64,000 nucleotides of DNA, from assembly GCA_028534125.1 (NCBI GenBank), contig CM052818.1:46812001-46876000 (forward strand). Reading direction: 5' to 3'. The stretch is from Lama glama (taxonomy: Eukaryota). The notes beneath the pieces are model-generated. The model did not search any database and had not been told where the DNA came from. It worked only from the letters and a program-made list of their open reading frames with translations. This document shows, piece after piece, positions 37,071-50,100 of this stretch (positions are counted from its first letter, which is position 1; every line of letters starts with the position of its first letter). The position numbers were made by a program, and so were the translations under genes.

Positions 37071-39119
37071 GAAGAGGGGAAGCAGGAGGACGTGGGGTTG
37101 TGGGGAGGCCAGCGTTTGCCTAATTTTGGGGGGGGTCGAGGTTCTCCATGCCCCTCACAGAGCACTGGGAGAGTCGCGTGTGTGCCCTCTGCTCCACACC
37201 TAACACAGTCGCCCTCACACAGGGATTCTTGCCACGTGACAGTCACCCTGATGAGGAGGGTGGTGCTGTGACGGTCCTTACTTCCCAGCTGAGGCCCAGA
37301 GTGGGTATGCAACTTGCCCAAGGCCACACAGCGAGTAAGTGGAGTCAGGATTTAACCAAGCTAATCAGGTGAACAGTTAGCCACAGAGTCTAACTGAAGA
37401 GTTGTCTTCAGCATTCTTGCCCTGGTCTGTCCCTCACCAGTCATGTGCTAGAGTTCGTGGAGGGGACCCTGCAGCATCTTCCCGACCCCACGCTCCGTGA
37501 TCACACCACCAGGGTGGGAGTATTTATACCCTGAAAGCTGGCACAAATTGGAGCTCTTTTCAGTCCCTTGCAGAGCCAGTTGTTACACATTTACCAGCAC
37601 ACACACTGCTCATCCCAAAGGACACAGAAGTGAACCCGGGAGAAGCCCTCCATCCCAGACAGAGTGGCCCGGGGCCTCTTGGCTCCCTCAGAGGGGCCCG
37701 CCCACACCCACCCTGTGGCCGGGAGGCCTTCTACCTCTGAGTCCGCGAGACCCCGTTTGCTGAGCTCTAGGGTGTCAGGAGGGAGGCAGCTCCCCCTGGG
37801 GAGCCCTCGTGGCCCAGTGCTGCTGCCTGGAGCCAGGCTGTCTGGATGAGCTGCCCCCCTCCACCTGTCACCGCCCACCCAGGGGCCTTTCCTGTCCTCG
37901 CCTTTCCCTCCTGGAGCCCAGAGTATCGGCCCCGAGGGCGTGACCCAGACCCTCAGAGCCCTTGCTCCTACTTGCCAAAACGTAGCATGGTTTTCAGAAA
38001 AGAAAAGAGGGCAAAGGCGGAGGGCTGCCTCCTGCCTCAGGGCGAGACCCCAGGCTGTGGGGCCGATCACAGAGCACCTCCCCGACGGAGCTCCCCGCAG
38101 ACCCTGCGTCCTCCCAGAGAACCTGCCGTGTTCACTCCGTTTTAGAGATAAGGGGCTGAACTGCAGGAAGGGGAAGTGAGTGGCAGATCTGAGATTTACT
38201 TCGGGCGGACTCCGAGGTCCCCGGCCTGGCTCCTGCAGCCCCGCTGCGTGTATGGAGGGGGCCCGTGGGTCACACGGGCTCAGGACCATCGTGGGGCTGC
38301 AGACGCTACCACCACCCGGGTCCTACGGGCTGGGCGGATGGGAGGGGCCAAGGCTTCCCCTTTCTGCCTTCCAGGCCCCCGGGTCCCAACCTGCAGCCTG
38401 CAGCGCCCACCCCCACGTGACCGCCGGGCTCCTACATTTCCCCATTCAGCTGATGGTGAGTGCGTGCTATTTTAAGCCCACATGGAAGTATTTTTTTTTA
38501 TAAGGACCATCTGCTACCGGCCCCAGCCCAGATGATACAGTTAGAACCTACCCACAGCATCCTCTCCCGCCTTCAGACAGTTCCAGGAACAAGGGTGAGT
38601 CAGTCGCCCAGCTGAACTCCCGTCTTGCTACCCCAAGAGGTGGCCCTGGTGCGGTGCCAGCAGAGGGGGCCGCTCACGCCCCAGGGGCAGGTGCACTGCG
38701 CTGCTTCTCAGAGACAGGAAGGGGACCCCCACCCCTCGCAGGGGTGCGCCTGCAGAGAGAGCCAGAAGAAGGCCTGGGAAAGCCTGACTTGGCGCTTCTC
38801 AGAGGAGCCCCTTTTCCCTCAGAGGCTGAGACGCAGTTCATGGGTTCAAGAGCCGACACTGAAGCTTGTCACAGAGGTGTCACAGAGAAGTGGGCGGCCA
38901 GCAGTCACCTTGCTCTGGCTGTCCCCAGAAGAACCCTGCATCTATTTTGGGGTGCAAAGAGGCTGGGTCTCCTCTCACTGGGCTGCGTGGGCCGGTGTCC
39001 ACCCCGGGCCATGGGAGGATATTACGAAACACTGAACACGGCCTCTCAGTTCTTACCTCTGCACACCTCCCCTCCCTTTCTGTCCCTTCCCGCACCTAAG
39101 GGCTCCCTGTGCCATTTAC

Positions 39120-39300
39120 CTCGGTGTACAGCACAGAGACTGCAGTCAGACCTTGAATCTGGCTCTATCCCTTATAATCTTGTGACCCAGGGTGAGGTGT
39201 ACAAATCCCCCCTATTTGCTCATCTGTAAAATGGGGGTAATCTGACCTGCCTCCTGGGATGTCTGAAAGCATGAAATGGGGTGATGTAGGGGAAAGACAC
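39120..39300 (+). mobile_element. MIR SINE
   Basis: 'agtcagaccttgaatctggctct...ctcatctgtaaaatggggg'. Confidence 0.75.
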
Positions 39301-39559
39301 TGCTGGACTATTGCTTTCTCTCTCATTATGCACTTCAGAGGGTATGTCCTTCGAACTGGCTGAGAAGCAGCGAGAGGATTTATTTGAGAGCTTTGGGTGG
39401 GTGTGTCTGTAAAGCAGTGCTTCCCTGCTGCACGTTCTCAGTGGGCCTGGGCGCCCTCTCCTCCTGGGAGCTGGCCCTTTGGCTGCCGGGACCCTGGTTA
39501 AGAAATGCATGGGCAGCAGCTAACTTGATCCCCACGGGGGGCCCCAGCCGGCTGTTACT

Positions 39560-40290
39560 TCATCACAGGCCGGATGGTGAGAAACGTTGCCTCTGCTGCT
39601 GCTCGTGGAAGGACCTGGAGCTCCCAGCCAGGGCCGTCCGCGCGGCTGCTGGCTGCCTCCCGGCCACTCCTCTCCCTCCGGGGCTGTGGGCCGAGACCCC
39701 ACAGCCGTACCCCCAGACCTATCTGGTGCGCGCAGCCCTGGGCGGCCCGGGAGTGCCCCGCGAGCAGGCGTGGGGCTGAGGCCTGACAGCTCGACTTCCT
39801 GCCCCAGCGCCTGTCTGCTGCTGCTCCTTGGAGGCCTACAGTTGATCTGTGGTCAGTGCTCCTACCCGTTTCCTGCCAGCTGCTACTGGGTTTTTAGTCA
39901 GCGCCGATAGCTCTGGTAACTGGGAAAGGACCGGGCTGCGTGATTCACCGGCTCTCCCCCGGTGCGCGGAGGGACGGCACCTCCCCTGTCCCCCGGGCCT
40001 CCCCCACGAGCCCCGGTGACTGAGACACAGAAAGCGCCCGAACGCTCATCGCCGCCCGAAGGCTGATGGTGTCTGTGCGCGTGGATGCGTGCGCGGCCTG
40101 GGCGTGTGTGCTGGCAGGGGCTTTTTTCTGAATGCACCAGCGCCGAGGGAGATGGTGCCCTGTTTTGAGAAGTCAGAATGTAACTCTAAGCTGAGCGTTG
40201 CCCCTCTCACGGGGAGCCCCGGGCTCTCCCTGAGGTGTAACCACAGTGAGCTTGCCGTGGTCCGGATGAGGACACGGTAGTCACACTGAA
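39560..40290. promoter_or_regulatory. CpG-rich segment (enhancer or CpG-island-like)
   Basis: Dense CpG in sequence with no recognisable repeat. Confidence 0.35.
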
Positions 40291-40774
40291 AATTTTATTT
40301 CCTGGCGTTTCGGAAGATGCAGAGGAAAATCCCCCACTGTAGCAAAGGACTCTTTCAAATAGAAAACTGAGAATGTGTCCCTTCATTTTTTTTTTCCTTT
40401 ATGCTGCGGACCAGAGTTTCGAAGTTGTCCGTGATGTTGGTGAGCATTTGGCTAAGTGTCTTTCATCAGCTCGAGTGTCACTTCTGAAGCACAGACTCGA
40501 GTTTAGAGAGCAGCCTCTCTGCAGGGTGAGGCCGGGACGGGCAGCACCCGGGAGCCTGCGAGACGTGCAGAACTTCTGGCCCCTCCCGGCCTGCTGAGCC
40601 GACTTTCTGGATGGGAGGCCCAGCTGTCAGTCTGGGTTTTAGCTGGCTCTCCAGGAGGTCTTGTCTCACCACCAAGGGTGAGAAGACACAGACCTCGCTG
40701 GGAGATTTCATGGATGTTCTTGATACATCCGGGTTGAGACGAAGGCAGACGGTGCTCCAGCACAGGATGGAATG

Positions 40775-40900
40775 ATTTATTCCACGTGTATTTACTGCCC
40801 ATCCCGTGGTACCAGGCTCTGTGCTGGACACAGCAAGGGACCACCTGGCACCCAGAGCCCAAATCCTTGTCTTCAGGGGTCCCAGTCTGGAGGAAGCAGA
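40775..40900 (-). mobile_element. L2 3' end
   Basis: 'atttattccacgtgtatttactg...taccaggctctgtgctgg'. Confidence 0.6.
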
Positions 40901-41054
40901 GGAAGTCAGCAACAAGGATGCCGTCTAATCTGGAGGAGCTCCCTAATCAGAGATGGGTGGGGTGCCCGCGGGGGGGTGGTGCTGGCGGGAACGGTCAGGG
41001 ACACCTGTACTATTTCATCAGGGTGGGAATTAGAAGGAGGGGAGAGAGAAAGTT

Positions 41055-41235
41055 GGGTGATAGCCTCAGATGGTTTGGGGTTTATCCCAGCTCCGAGGCT
41101 GTGTAGTGTAGCAGGCTCAGACAAGTCCTCTCAACCTCAGCTTTCTCATCTGTGTAATGGGCTGAATGATATTTCCTTTCTGATTGTGTTGAAACTCAAG
41201 TGAGGTAATACTTGCCAAGTGCTTAGCACAGGCCT
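41055..41235 (+). mobile_element. MIR SINE
   Basis: 'cctcagctttctcatctgtgtaatggg...aagtgcttagcacag'. Confidence 0.75.
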
Positions 41236-42799
41236 CACTCATCTCCATGAAGACGATGGCATCTGAGGGCAGTGGGGAGCCACTGAGGGTTTTTGGCCGT
41301 AGGTGACACGAACAGAACGCTGTAATCACTCCTAGAAATGCCTTGTCCATTTAGGCCAGTAGAGGCTCTTTGTTGAGCATAAGACACACGGACCGATAAT
41401 ATTTCAGGCTGTAATCAAGTTTAAAATGTGTCTGAGAAAATATGTTAAATCCTCAAAAGCTCTCCCCTTCCTCCATCATCATATTTTTGGATCCTAAAAT
41501 CAGCCAAATGCAGAATCTGTCCACTTTCCAAAGCAACGTGCCTTTGGACTGAGAACAAAATTGCAGAACAACAGTTGACTTTTTTCCCTCTCAAACAGTC
41601 CCAAGGCCCAGAATACAAGGAGACCTTGACTTCCGAACATCGTGCTTCTCGCGGCGGCTGACCGACCCGCTGCCCTCGGACAGGATGAGTTCTGGAGGTT
41701 CCCAGCCAGTGGCCTGCTTTTTCCACACCCTGGCAGGAGTGGCTCCGGGCCATGCCCAGGAGACAGCTGACCAGGGTTGGTTCTTCTCAAAGACGGAAAA
41801 CTTGGGGAGAGAGGGGAGGAGTGGGTCACGGGGAGGTGAGCCCCGGAGCCACCACTGCCCCCGGGGTGTTCTGGAGGAGCTCTCCAGAACATGTCCCTCC
41901 CATCTCAAGGCAGCCGCTGCACAGATGTGATTCATCCGTCCTACCCATGACCGCCGGGCACTCCACACACTGTCTTCAGAGTGCTTCTCTGGCGGGAGAG
42001 CAGGCGTTTGACAGATGTCGCATGATGAGACGGGAGATGAGGGCGGGCTGGAGTAAACCGAGGTCCTCACCGTGGCTCTGCTGAGCCAGGCAGAGCCAAC
42101 CTCAGCTCCCCAGGAAGCTTCCTCTCTGGCCTTAGGCTCTTCTTCCTGAGCAATCTCTACCTGCTGGCCTCGGAAGGAGGGGGACGGCGTTTCGGGTGGG
42201 GCACCTCGAAGCACCCCGACGCCCACATTTGGAGGCGACGCGGGCAGGCCAGGTGCATCGCAGGAAAGCGCGTGCGGCAGCCGCACCCACATCAGAGGCG
42301 TGCGGCCCCGTGTGGGAGTCCGGGGGGCGTAGGGTGCTATTCCCGGCGCGGGCGCCGCCTTACTGTGATATGAAGCCTCCCTCTATCTCGGTTTCCCCAT
42401 CTCTAAAGTGGGACAAGATCTAACTTTTCTGCCTCCACAAAAGCTCACAGGCAAACCACTTGGCTGGTCAGGAACCTGGCCTCCCTGCTGGGCCCTGGGA
42501 ACCAGACCTTCCAGATTCCTCCCTGAGAATCTATCTGGCGCTGCCTCCACTCAGATTCTAAGAGGAGGTGATTGCATTAGAAGGAGCGCTCCTGGCTTCC
42601 AGGTAAAGCATCCCTGTGACTCTCTCAGCTCCAGCCGGCCTCTGCACCACCTCCCAAGTGCCCTTTCTGACTCACAGTGGTTTCTGCCACTGTCCTGTTT
42701 AACTCCTGTTTAACCGCGGTGCAGAAACATTCAAGGCTCCTGTTACCCTCCTGCCCACCCTCCCTGATTTTCTGATGTAGACCTGCCAGCTGCACACGG

Positions 42800-42970
42800 C
42801 AGCTCCCAGTTCCTCAGTCAAGCCAGGTCCTTTTCAAGTCCCAGTGCCTCTCCCAATGCTGTTTCCTCTCTGCGCGCCCTTCCCCTCGGATCAGCTCAGC
42901 AAACTCCTCTTCATCCTTCAGAACCCAGCTTCGTGATCGTCCCCACCGGGAAGCCTTCCCTGACCCTGTA
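42800..42970 (+). mobile_element. L2 fragment
   Basis: 'aaactcctcttcatccttcagaacccagc...gggaagccttccctgacc'. Confidence 0.6.
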
Positions 42971-43715
42971 TTCTGTCATCCTGAGGCTCAGAATCAGGGG
43001 GTGGGGTGCTCCGAGGCACTCCTGTCCACCCCTCCCAGACAGGCTGGCTGGAGTGCTTCCGGCTTCAGGAGAGCGGGAGCGAATTGAACCTGCCTTGTCC
43101 CGCTTTGCTGGCAGACTCCTACCCCTCAAAAGAAAGTCTGGAATTCCTGTTCCAGGAAATCCCTGGGTCAGGAAGGTGGGAAGCAAGGAGGGACAGCTGT
43201 CAGGAGGTAGAAGACAGGTGGAGATGCCTATTCTGGTTTCAGTCAGATTGGAGCTGGGTGAGAAGGACCGCTGGGAAGGGGTCAGCAAAAACCAGTCTGA
43301 ATGTGGTCCAGGGGCCCCGGGCTGTGTGTGATCACCTGGTGCTGATGCCCAGGGTTGTTCTCGGGAAGGTGGGGAGGGTGCTGGGGAGGGTCCGGCGCTC
43401 CCTGACATTTCAGTGCAAGTCTGCTCCAGCAGCAAGCGTAAGGAAGGGCCCGAAGGTGATCTGATGCCAAGGATCCTTCTGTCTGGGCTGAGCTGCGCCT
43501 TCAGGAAGGCAAGGAGGCCGTGAGAAAGGGGAGGCCCAGCCGAACAGGAGATAAAGCCAGGGAGGGGAGGGGCCGGCAGCCCATCCTATTCCTGTCCCAG
43601 GCTGACAGCTTGTGACATTCAGATAGCTCCCTAGGTCTGGTTTTTCCTGTTCCTGAAGTTGCTGCAGCAGGACACACGGCTCGGGCAGGAGTGGCCATTG
43701 GTGAGCGTCGCAGGG

Positions 43716-43743
43716 GTGTGTGTGTGTGTGTGTGTGTGTGTGT
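43716..43743. repeat. (GT)14 microsatellite
   Basis: read directly. Confidence 0.95.
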
Positions 43744-46638
43744 CTGCGCGTGAGTTATGTCTCAGTTTAAAGAAACAGGAAATTCAGGATTTGTATCAGC
43801 ACCACATCCCAGGCTCCTTGTTTCCTAGAAAGGAAGGGTAGATAACATGGAGCCTGGGCCCCCACTGAGGCTGGGGCTGGGCCGAAGGAAGGGGCTTCGG
43901 GGTTGGCCTGGCCTTGGCCTGCAGCAGCAGCTGGCTCCTGGGTGCCTGCTTCCTTCTCTGCTAGAAAAGGCCCTGCTGGAAAAAGCCTGGAAGAAGTCGG
44001 GTGGGGAACAGGCTTGGCTCGAGAAAGTTCTGGACTCTGAGTCTTGTCAGGTCTCCAGTCCTGGTTGCCTCCGTCCTGGGCAATCAGCGAGAGTGACAGG
44101 AAGGGTAACTCTGGAGCGGAGGGAGGTTACGGAGGGTGAGAGGGGCCGGGGCAGCTGTGGAGGGTCCTGGCCCCCTGAGCTGGAGCCTCAGGTTCCAGAG
44201 TTAAGGCAGTGAGAGCTGGGGGGTGGGTTGGGGAGCTGTTTCCTTCACAGCCCGGATACTAAGGCCCTGGATGCTGAGTGACTGGTCCAGCGTCCTGTGG
44301 TACTCAGCTGCTTGATGTCACCAGCCTCCCCGCGTGGCGACCTTCCATTAGTGGTCCAGACATCCCGACTCTGACCCTCCGAATGCCAGGCCGGGCACCT
44401 GAGTGGGCTGACGCCCCGCCCATCCCCTGGGCCGCCCCTCAGTGCAGGGCCTGGAGCCGCTTTGCGCTGGGGCATCGGGGCTGCGAGCACACGGGGACCG
44501 GCTGCTCGGGCCCTGACGCAGGGCACAGACCCCGCAGTGCCTCCGGGCAACGTGGTCTGACTTCCTGGGCTTGGGGGCTGGTCTTGGAGCTGGGACTCAT
44601 TTGATACATCTCTGTCTCTATCTGCTGCTCTTATTCTGCTCTAAAGAGCAGTGACTTGAGCGTCCGGCTTGGAGGCAGCTCTCCCCCATGGGGAGGGGAA
44701 GGGCCCCGAGCGGCTGCCTGGGTCCCGAGTCCCGGCTGCTGGGCCCAGGCCTCTCCCTGGTGTGGGCTCCCTGGAACTGCACCCCAGAACTCAGACCTCA
44801 GGTCTCCCCCCAGGCCCTCCCTTCCTCCAGGGGCCCTTGGATCTCTGACTCCCTGACCTCGGTGCTCTCTGGCTCCTGGTGGTGGGTGAGCACCCCTGGG
44901 AGAGGGGCCGGGACAGAGCCTAGAGGCCAGAACAGCTCACGCTGCAAAGTCTCTGTGCACTGATTTCCCCCCAGCTTGTTCCACTTTTAAAAATAGCTAA
45001 TGAGGAAATTAATTTTGTCACCCAGATGTATTTGGTAAAAACATGTCAGGGAAAGACAATTAACCTCTACACTGATAAATCCTTCCCAAATTAATGAGGT
45101 TAATATTTGAAGATGTTGAGACATTCATCTGGGGAGAGAGGCCACAAAAGCGAGGCCCCTCCAGGCAGAAGGAGAGACACAAAAAAGAGGAGAGACAGAC
45201 AGAGAGGAAAGGGTATACTAGGAGGAAGAATCGGGGGAGAGCAGGGTAGGGAGGTGGGAAGGAATGGCAGAGCAAGACAGACAGACGGACAGAATGAGAG
45301 AGAGAGGAGAGAGCATGTGTTTAGAGGGAACACGGCTGTAATGTCTTACAAGAATTTTCCATTTTTCCAGGTATTCCGTTGCAATAGATTTTGGGGCAGA
45401 AGACCCGACAAACCAAAGCACAGGATGAAGAGTGGGGTACTCGTCAGGGTGGGCTTTTCCAGCCCACGCTGATGCAGTCTTCTCTCGGCTTCAAGATTCT
45501 GGATTCTTCTCATTAGAGGCAGCCAGGGAGCGCCGGGCTGTGGGAAGCGGCCGGCCAGCAGGAGAGGGCACGGTGGTGACTGCCGGTTTCTCTTCCTGTG
45601 TTTCCCTGAAGGGTCACAGAATCCTGGCTGGAGGAACCCTCAGTTAATACCCACCCCTCAACAATTCAACGCCTCCTTTATCTCTTACTCTTTTACCCCC
45701 GGGAACCAGGCCAAAGATGAGAGCCCCTTGGAAGAGGTCAGCCTCTGCCTGAGTTGGGTCTTGTCACCCCAGGCTGGGATTGGAGTGGAAGGACAGGTGG
45801 CCTTATGTCAGAGAGAGGGACAGGTGGGGGGTGTGGGCAGGGGCCAGCACAGCCGGACCTTTGAGTTCCTGATCCTCCACAGCCTGAACCCCCACTGGGG
45901 ACCCTCAGCTCATGAAGCAAATCCCAACCTGGCACACCTGGAACTCGGATTGAAATGGAAACTTCGTTGGGGACGTTCGGCCTTGGAGCCGTCGGGGAGA
46001 AAGGCTGAGGCTTCTCTCAGGCTTCAGTCCAGTCTCTGCTCCGAGGTGCTGACAGGCAGGAGGCCCCTGGGGAACCCGGCCGTCACATTTTTCCCAGAGG
46101 CCCAGGCCTGGCCCTCAGACCCCAGCCAAAGACGCCGCTTTGCTCTCGTCTGTTAAAAGACCCTTTCTTTATTAATTTCTTCCAACTGTGTGAAATGCAA
46201 ACAGGACATGAAGCATCCATCATTCCAATCCTGTCAAGTTACCAGTTCTGGGAAGCAGAGGTCAGGACCAGGGCTGGGGGCTCGTGTTGCCGTGGGGAGC
46301 CTTTCCATCCGGAGGCAAAGAAGTGGGAGAGACGCGTGTGCCTGCCCAGAAAACCCAGGGGCAGCGACAATGACGAGCCCACGGCAGGGCCCAGGAGGCT
46401 GAGCTGGAGTCGGGCCTGGGCCGCCTTGTTGGAAAGCCGAAGGGGCCGGAGGGAGAGTTCATGGTGTGGAGACGGGAGGGCGCCGGCAACAGAGGAGGCC
46501 GGCCTGCTTGTTTCTACACTTGCAGAAAAGCCGGCCAAGTTGCTCTCACCCGCACGGCAGGCACAGACAGAAGAGGGCGAGACATCAGGTGTCTGGAGTG
46601 GGGTTTCTCCTAATCTAATCTTCCCGGGGAGTGACAAG

Positions 46639-47138
46639 NNNNNNNNNNNNNNNNNNNNNNNNNNNNNNNNNNNNNNNNNNNNNNNNNNNNNNNNNNNNNN
46701 NNNNNNNNNNNNNNNNNNNNNNNNNNNNNNNNNNNNNNNNNNNNNNNNNNNNNNNNNNNNNNNNNNNNNNNNNNNNNNNNNNNNNNNNNNNNNNNNNNNN
46801 NNNNNNNNNNNNNNNNNNNNNNNNNNNNNNNNNNNNNNNNNNNNNNNNNNNNNNNNNNNNNNNNNNNNNNNNNNNNNNNNNNNNNNNNNNNNNNNNNNNN
46901 NNNNNNNNNNNNNNNNNNNNNNNNNNNNNNNNNNNNNNNNNNNNNNNNNNNNNNNNNNNNNNNNNNNNNNNNNNNNNNNNNNNNNNNNNNNNNNNNNNNN
47001 NNNNNNNNNNNNNNNNNNNNNNNNNNNNNNNNNNNNNNNNNNNNNNNNNNNNNNNNNNNNNNNNNNNNNNNNNNNNNNNNNNNNNNNNNNNNNNNNNNNN
47101 NNNNNNNNNNNNNNNNNNNNNNNNNNNNNNNNNNNNNN
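46639..47138. other. Assembly gap, 500 N
   Basis: run of N. Confidence 0.99.
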
Positions 47139-50100
47139 TGAGGGAGAACCTGGTCCGGGCTGTCTCCCCAGCTTCTGGCAGTTTGCTGAGCACTTGTGCT
47201 GGGCTCTGTTCCATCGGCTTTACATGGAGCCTCGGCGGCTGCTCACGCCCCAGCGCCCGGACCTGCCTCCCTGTGTTGGCTGTCGGCCCTTCCCTGGTGC
47301 GGACTGGCCTCTGGCACCAAAGCCAGATGCTGACTCTCAGCATCTAGCAAGGGGCCCGCTGCTCCTGCCTAGCTCTGGGGTTCCCTCCCTGTCCCAACCC
47401 CAGCTGGGCCCTGCCTCTGTGACTCCAGCCTATTGATTGATTTTTTTGGGGGGGGGTGATGGAAATGTTTTATTTTACTTTATTTTTATTTGATCGCTAT
47501 TATTTTCAGCCTGTTGATAGTTTAATCCTCCCCCCACCCCCTGCCGAGTGGGGCTGGGCTTTGGACAAGGCTGGGGTCTGAGGTAGCTGGGCTGGGGTGG
47601 GGTGGGCTGATACAACTCTGGGGAGCTCAGGGGCTGCCAGGGTGCCCTCGGCCAGGGGGACCCCGCATGGCATGGCTGGTGTGGGGGTGGGTCGGGGTGG
47701 GGATGGACAGCCAACTTTTCCCCTTTCTCTTCCAAATTGAAAAAAGGGAATGTGAGGCCCCAGCCCGAGCACCTCTTGGAAATTGTCTGCCTCCCGCTGC
47801 CCTTCCTACAGCTGCCCTGAGCTGTGATTAGCGGCTGGGAGGGACAGTGCGTGGGTGTCCGGGGGGATCCCTCCTGCAAGACATCCGGGGCACTCCTTGG
47901 AGACCTCTTTCAGGGGTGAAGTGATTATGCAATGACCCACGCAGCCAGTTCCCGGAGGAGATGGTCTGAGGCCATGGTCATGGTGACCCTCTCCCCGGCG
48001 ACAGACTTCCACCTGCCCTGCTCAGTGGCTAAGAGCTTACAGCCCTTTCCGGTCCCTCTTCACCAGAAATAGAGCTCTCTTCTCGCAGCTGCTGGGCCTG
48101 ACCTGCTGGCCGTGTCCCCTGGAGATGCAGAAGGCACCACGGAGGGCAGTTTCCCTGAAGGAGCAGGGTCAGCGCAGCCAGGACAGGAGGAAATAGGCCC
48201 CCTCCACCCCCTCCCTCCCTCCGTCTCTCCCCCTCCCTCCTTCTCTCCATCCTCCCTTTCCTCCCTCTGTCTGTCTGTGCCTCTGTCTTCTTTTCAGCCC
48301 ATTCTTTCTGTCTGTCAGCCCTTTCCTCTCCCTCTGTCTCTCTGTGTCTCTCCACCTCTCTCAGTGGGATTCCTGTGTTCCCTGCTCGCACACTCACCTG
48401 CCCTCCCCAGGTGCGGGGGTCTGTGTGAGACCCCGAGGGTGTGCCCGCCGGTCTGCCCTGGGGGAGGGGTCCCTGTGGGAGCAGACCTCTCTTTCCTGCA
48501 AACGAGGGACAGTGAGGAGCCTGGTGGAGAAGTCCTTTCACTCAGAGGCCCATCAGCCCGGATTCAGCCCGGTGTCGAGGAGAGGCCGGAGCCCCCAGGG
48601 GACCCTCCCTTACGCCCTGCGATGCTCCGCCTGCATCTTGAGTGGGGAAAATACTTTCTCTTTCCTTTTCATTTTGAGGCAACTTGGATGTTGTCCATCA
48701 ATTTTTTACGGTTTTTGTTTCAGATGTGCTTGCCGTAAATAGTTACTCCAAATTATCCGAAGAACAGTCACCGCTTGTCCCAGCGTTGACCTACGTGTCG
48801 TCTCCCAGGGCTGGTGGTGGCTGCCCCCTTCATGGGTAGGGCTTCAGCACCGCGGAGGACTGGCCCACGCGGTCCCTTCCCGCCGGCTCATTACCATCTG
48901 CTCAGGGTGACCTTGTGGCTGACTCCGAGGGAGGGGAAGGAACGAGCGGGGACAGCCTGGGCACTACCTGGCACTGAACTTGATCGTGGTACCGCAGGGC
49001 CCAGGACGGGTATGGGGAAATGGAAGCCCACCCTCCTGCCCCGCCCCGGGGGCGGCTGCCCCTGCCTGAGCCACTCCGTGTGTGGCCGTCCCGTGGACGT
49101 CACCTTGGAGCCGACGAGCTGATGCGTCTAATTAAGTCCTGCTCTCCAGCTGACAAGTAGCAGCCCCTCTGCAGAGGAGATCGGGGCCTCCCAAGTGCTT
49201 CCCTCTGGCAGGGCTAAATACTAATGAGCTCCCTTTACTCTGTGATTATTCAGGGTCGCTGACGGCACCACATCCCAAAGTGAGAGGTCAGTGCCAGGAG
49301 ATACGAAACAGTGTGTAAACTGTAGTGCGCTGCCCGCTGACCCCAAACTGTGGGAGGGATTGTCATCGCTGTGGGAAGGGGCCCCTTTGTTACCAGGTGT
49401 GCCTCTGACCTGCGCCTGCGGGCTGCCGACCCACGTGGAGTTTCCGGCTGGAAGGGAAGGGACGCAGTCTGCCCGGCCAGGAAGCTCAGGAGAGAGGCTC
49501 CCTTTGAAGCTGAGTCACAGATGGTTCAGACACGACACACCTGAGCAGAGGTCGGCGTCCTTCAGGTGGTCACGGCTGAACAGACATCCACAGGGAACCC
49601 AGGATGCGCCGGGCGTCCTGCTGGCCCTGGAGGTGGAGCAGGGGTGAGAGACACAGCCTGCTGTGTGTGCGGGTCTAGACTGGACCCGGGAGTTCATGTC
49701 AGAAAACTGCCCCTATGAGTGAGTGCGTGTGTGCGTGTGCATTTTGCACATCGGGGGCAGTCCCTACACTGACGGAGAGTGAGGGAACTAGCACACGGCA
49801 ACGATGAAAGATCTGTTTTTAAATGACTCCCCTTCTTGGCACACGGGGTTCACGCGGCATCAGCTCATCGACTGAGACGCCCGCTGGACGCCCTTGGCTC
49901 TGGTTTCCTTCAAGAGGTGACTGAGGTGAAAGTGCCAGCGTGAAGCCCAGGGCGTCCAGTGTGGCAGGCGGAGAGTGCGTCCCAGCGTCCTGATTAGCCC
50001 TCAGTAATGGAGGAGCGGGTCTGTAATTACGACGTGAGGTCATCTTAATTAGAATGACATAAAGTAATGTCTAATTAGGCATTATCCCGTTTTTAGAGAC

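Noticed and set aside
40395..40445. Possible 25-nt microexon ending TTG|GTGAGC
   Set aside because: Not frame-preserving, weak acceptor context and no recognisable peptide
42694..42714. Short tandem duplications (cctgtttaact twice; also aatctgcaggg twice near 20838)
   Set aside because: Ordinary slippage events with no array or spacer structure; nothing CRISPR-like was seen in the window
46195..47436. 413-aa ORF and other ORFs spanning N runs (also 60514-61416)
   Set aside because: Length is an artefact of translating Ns
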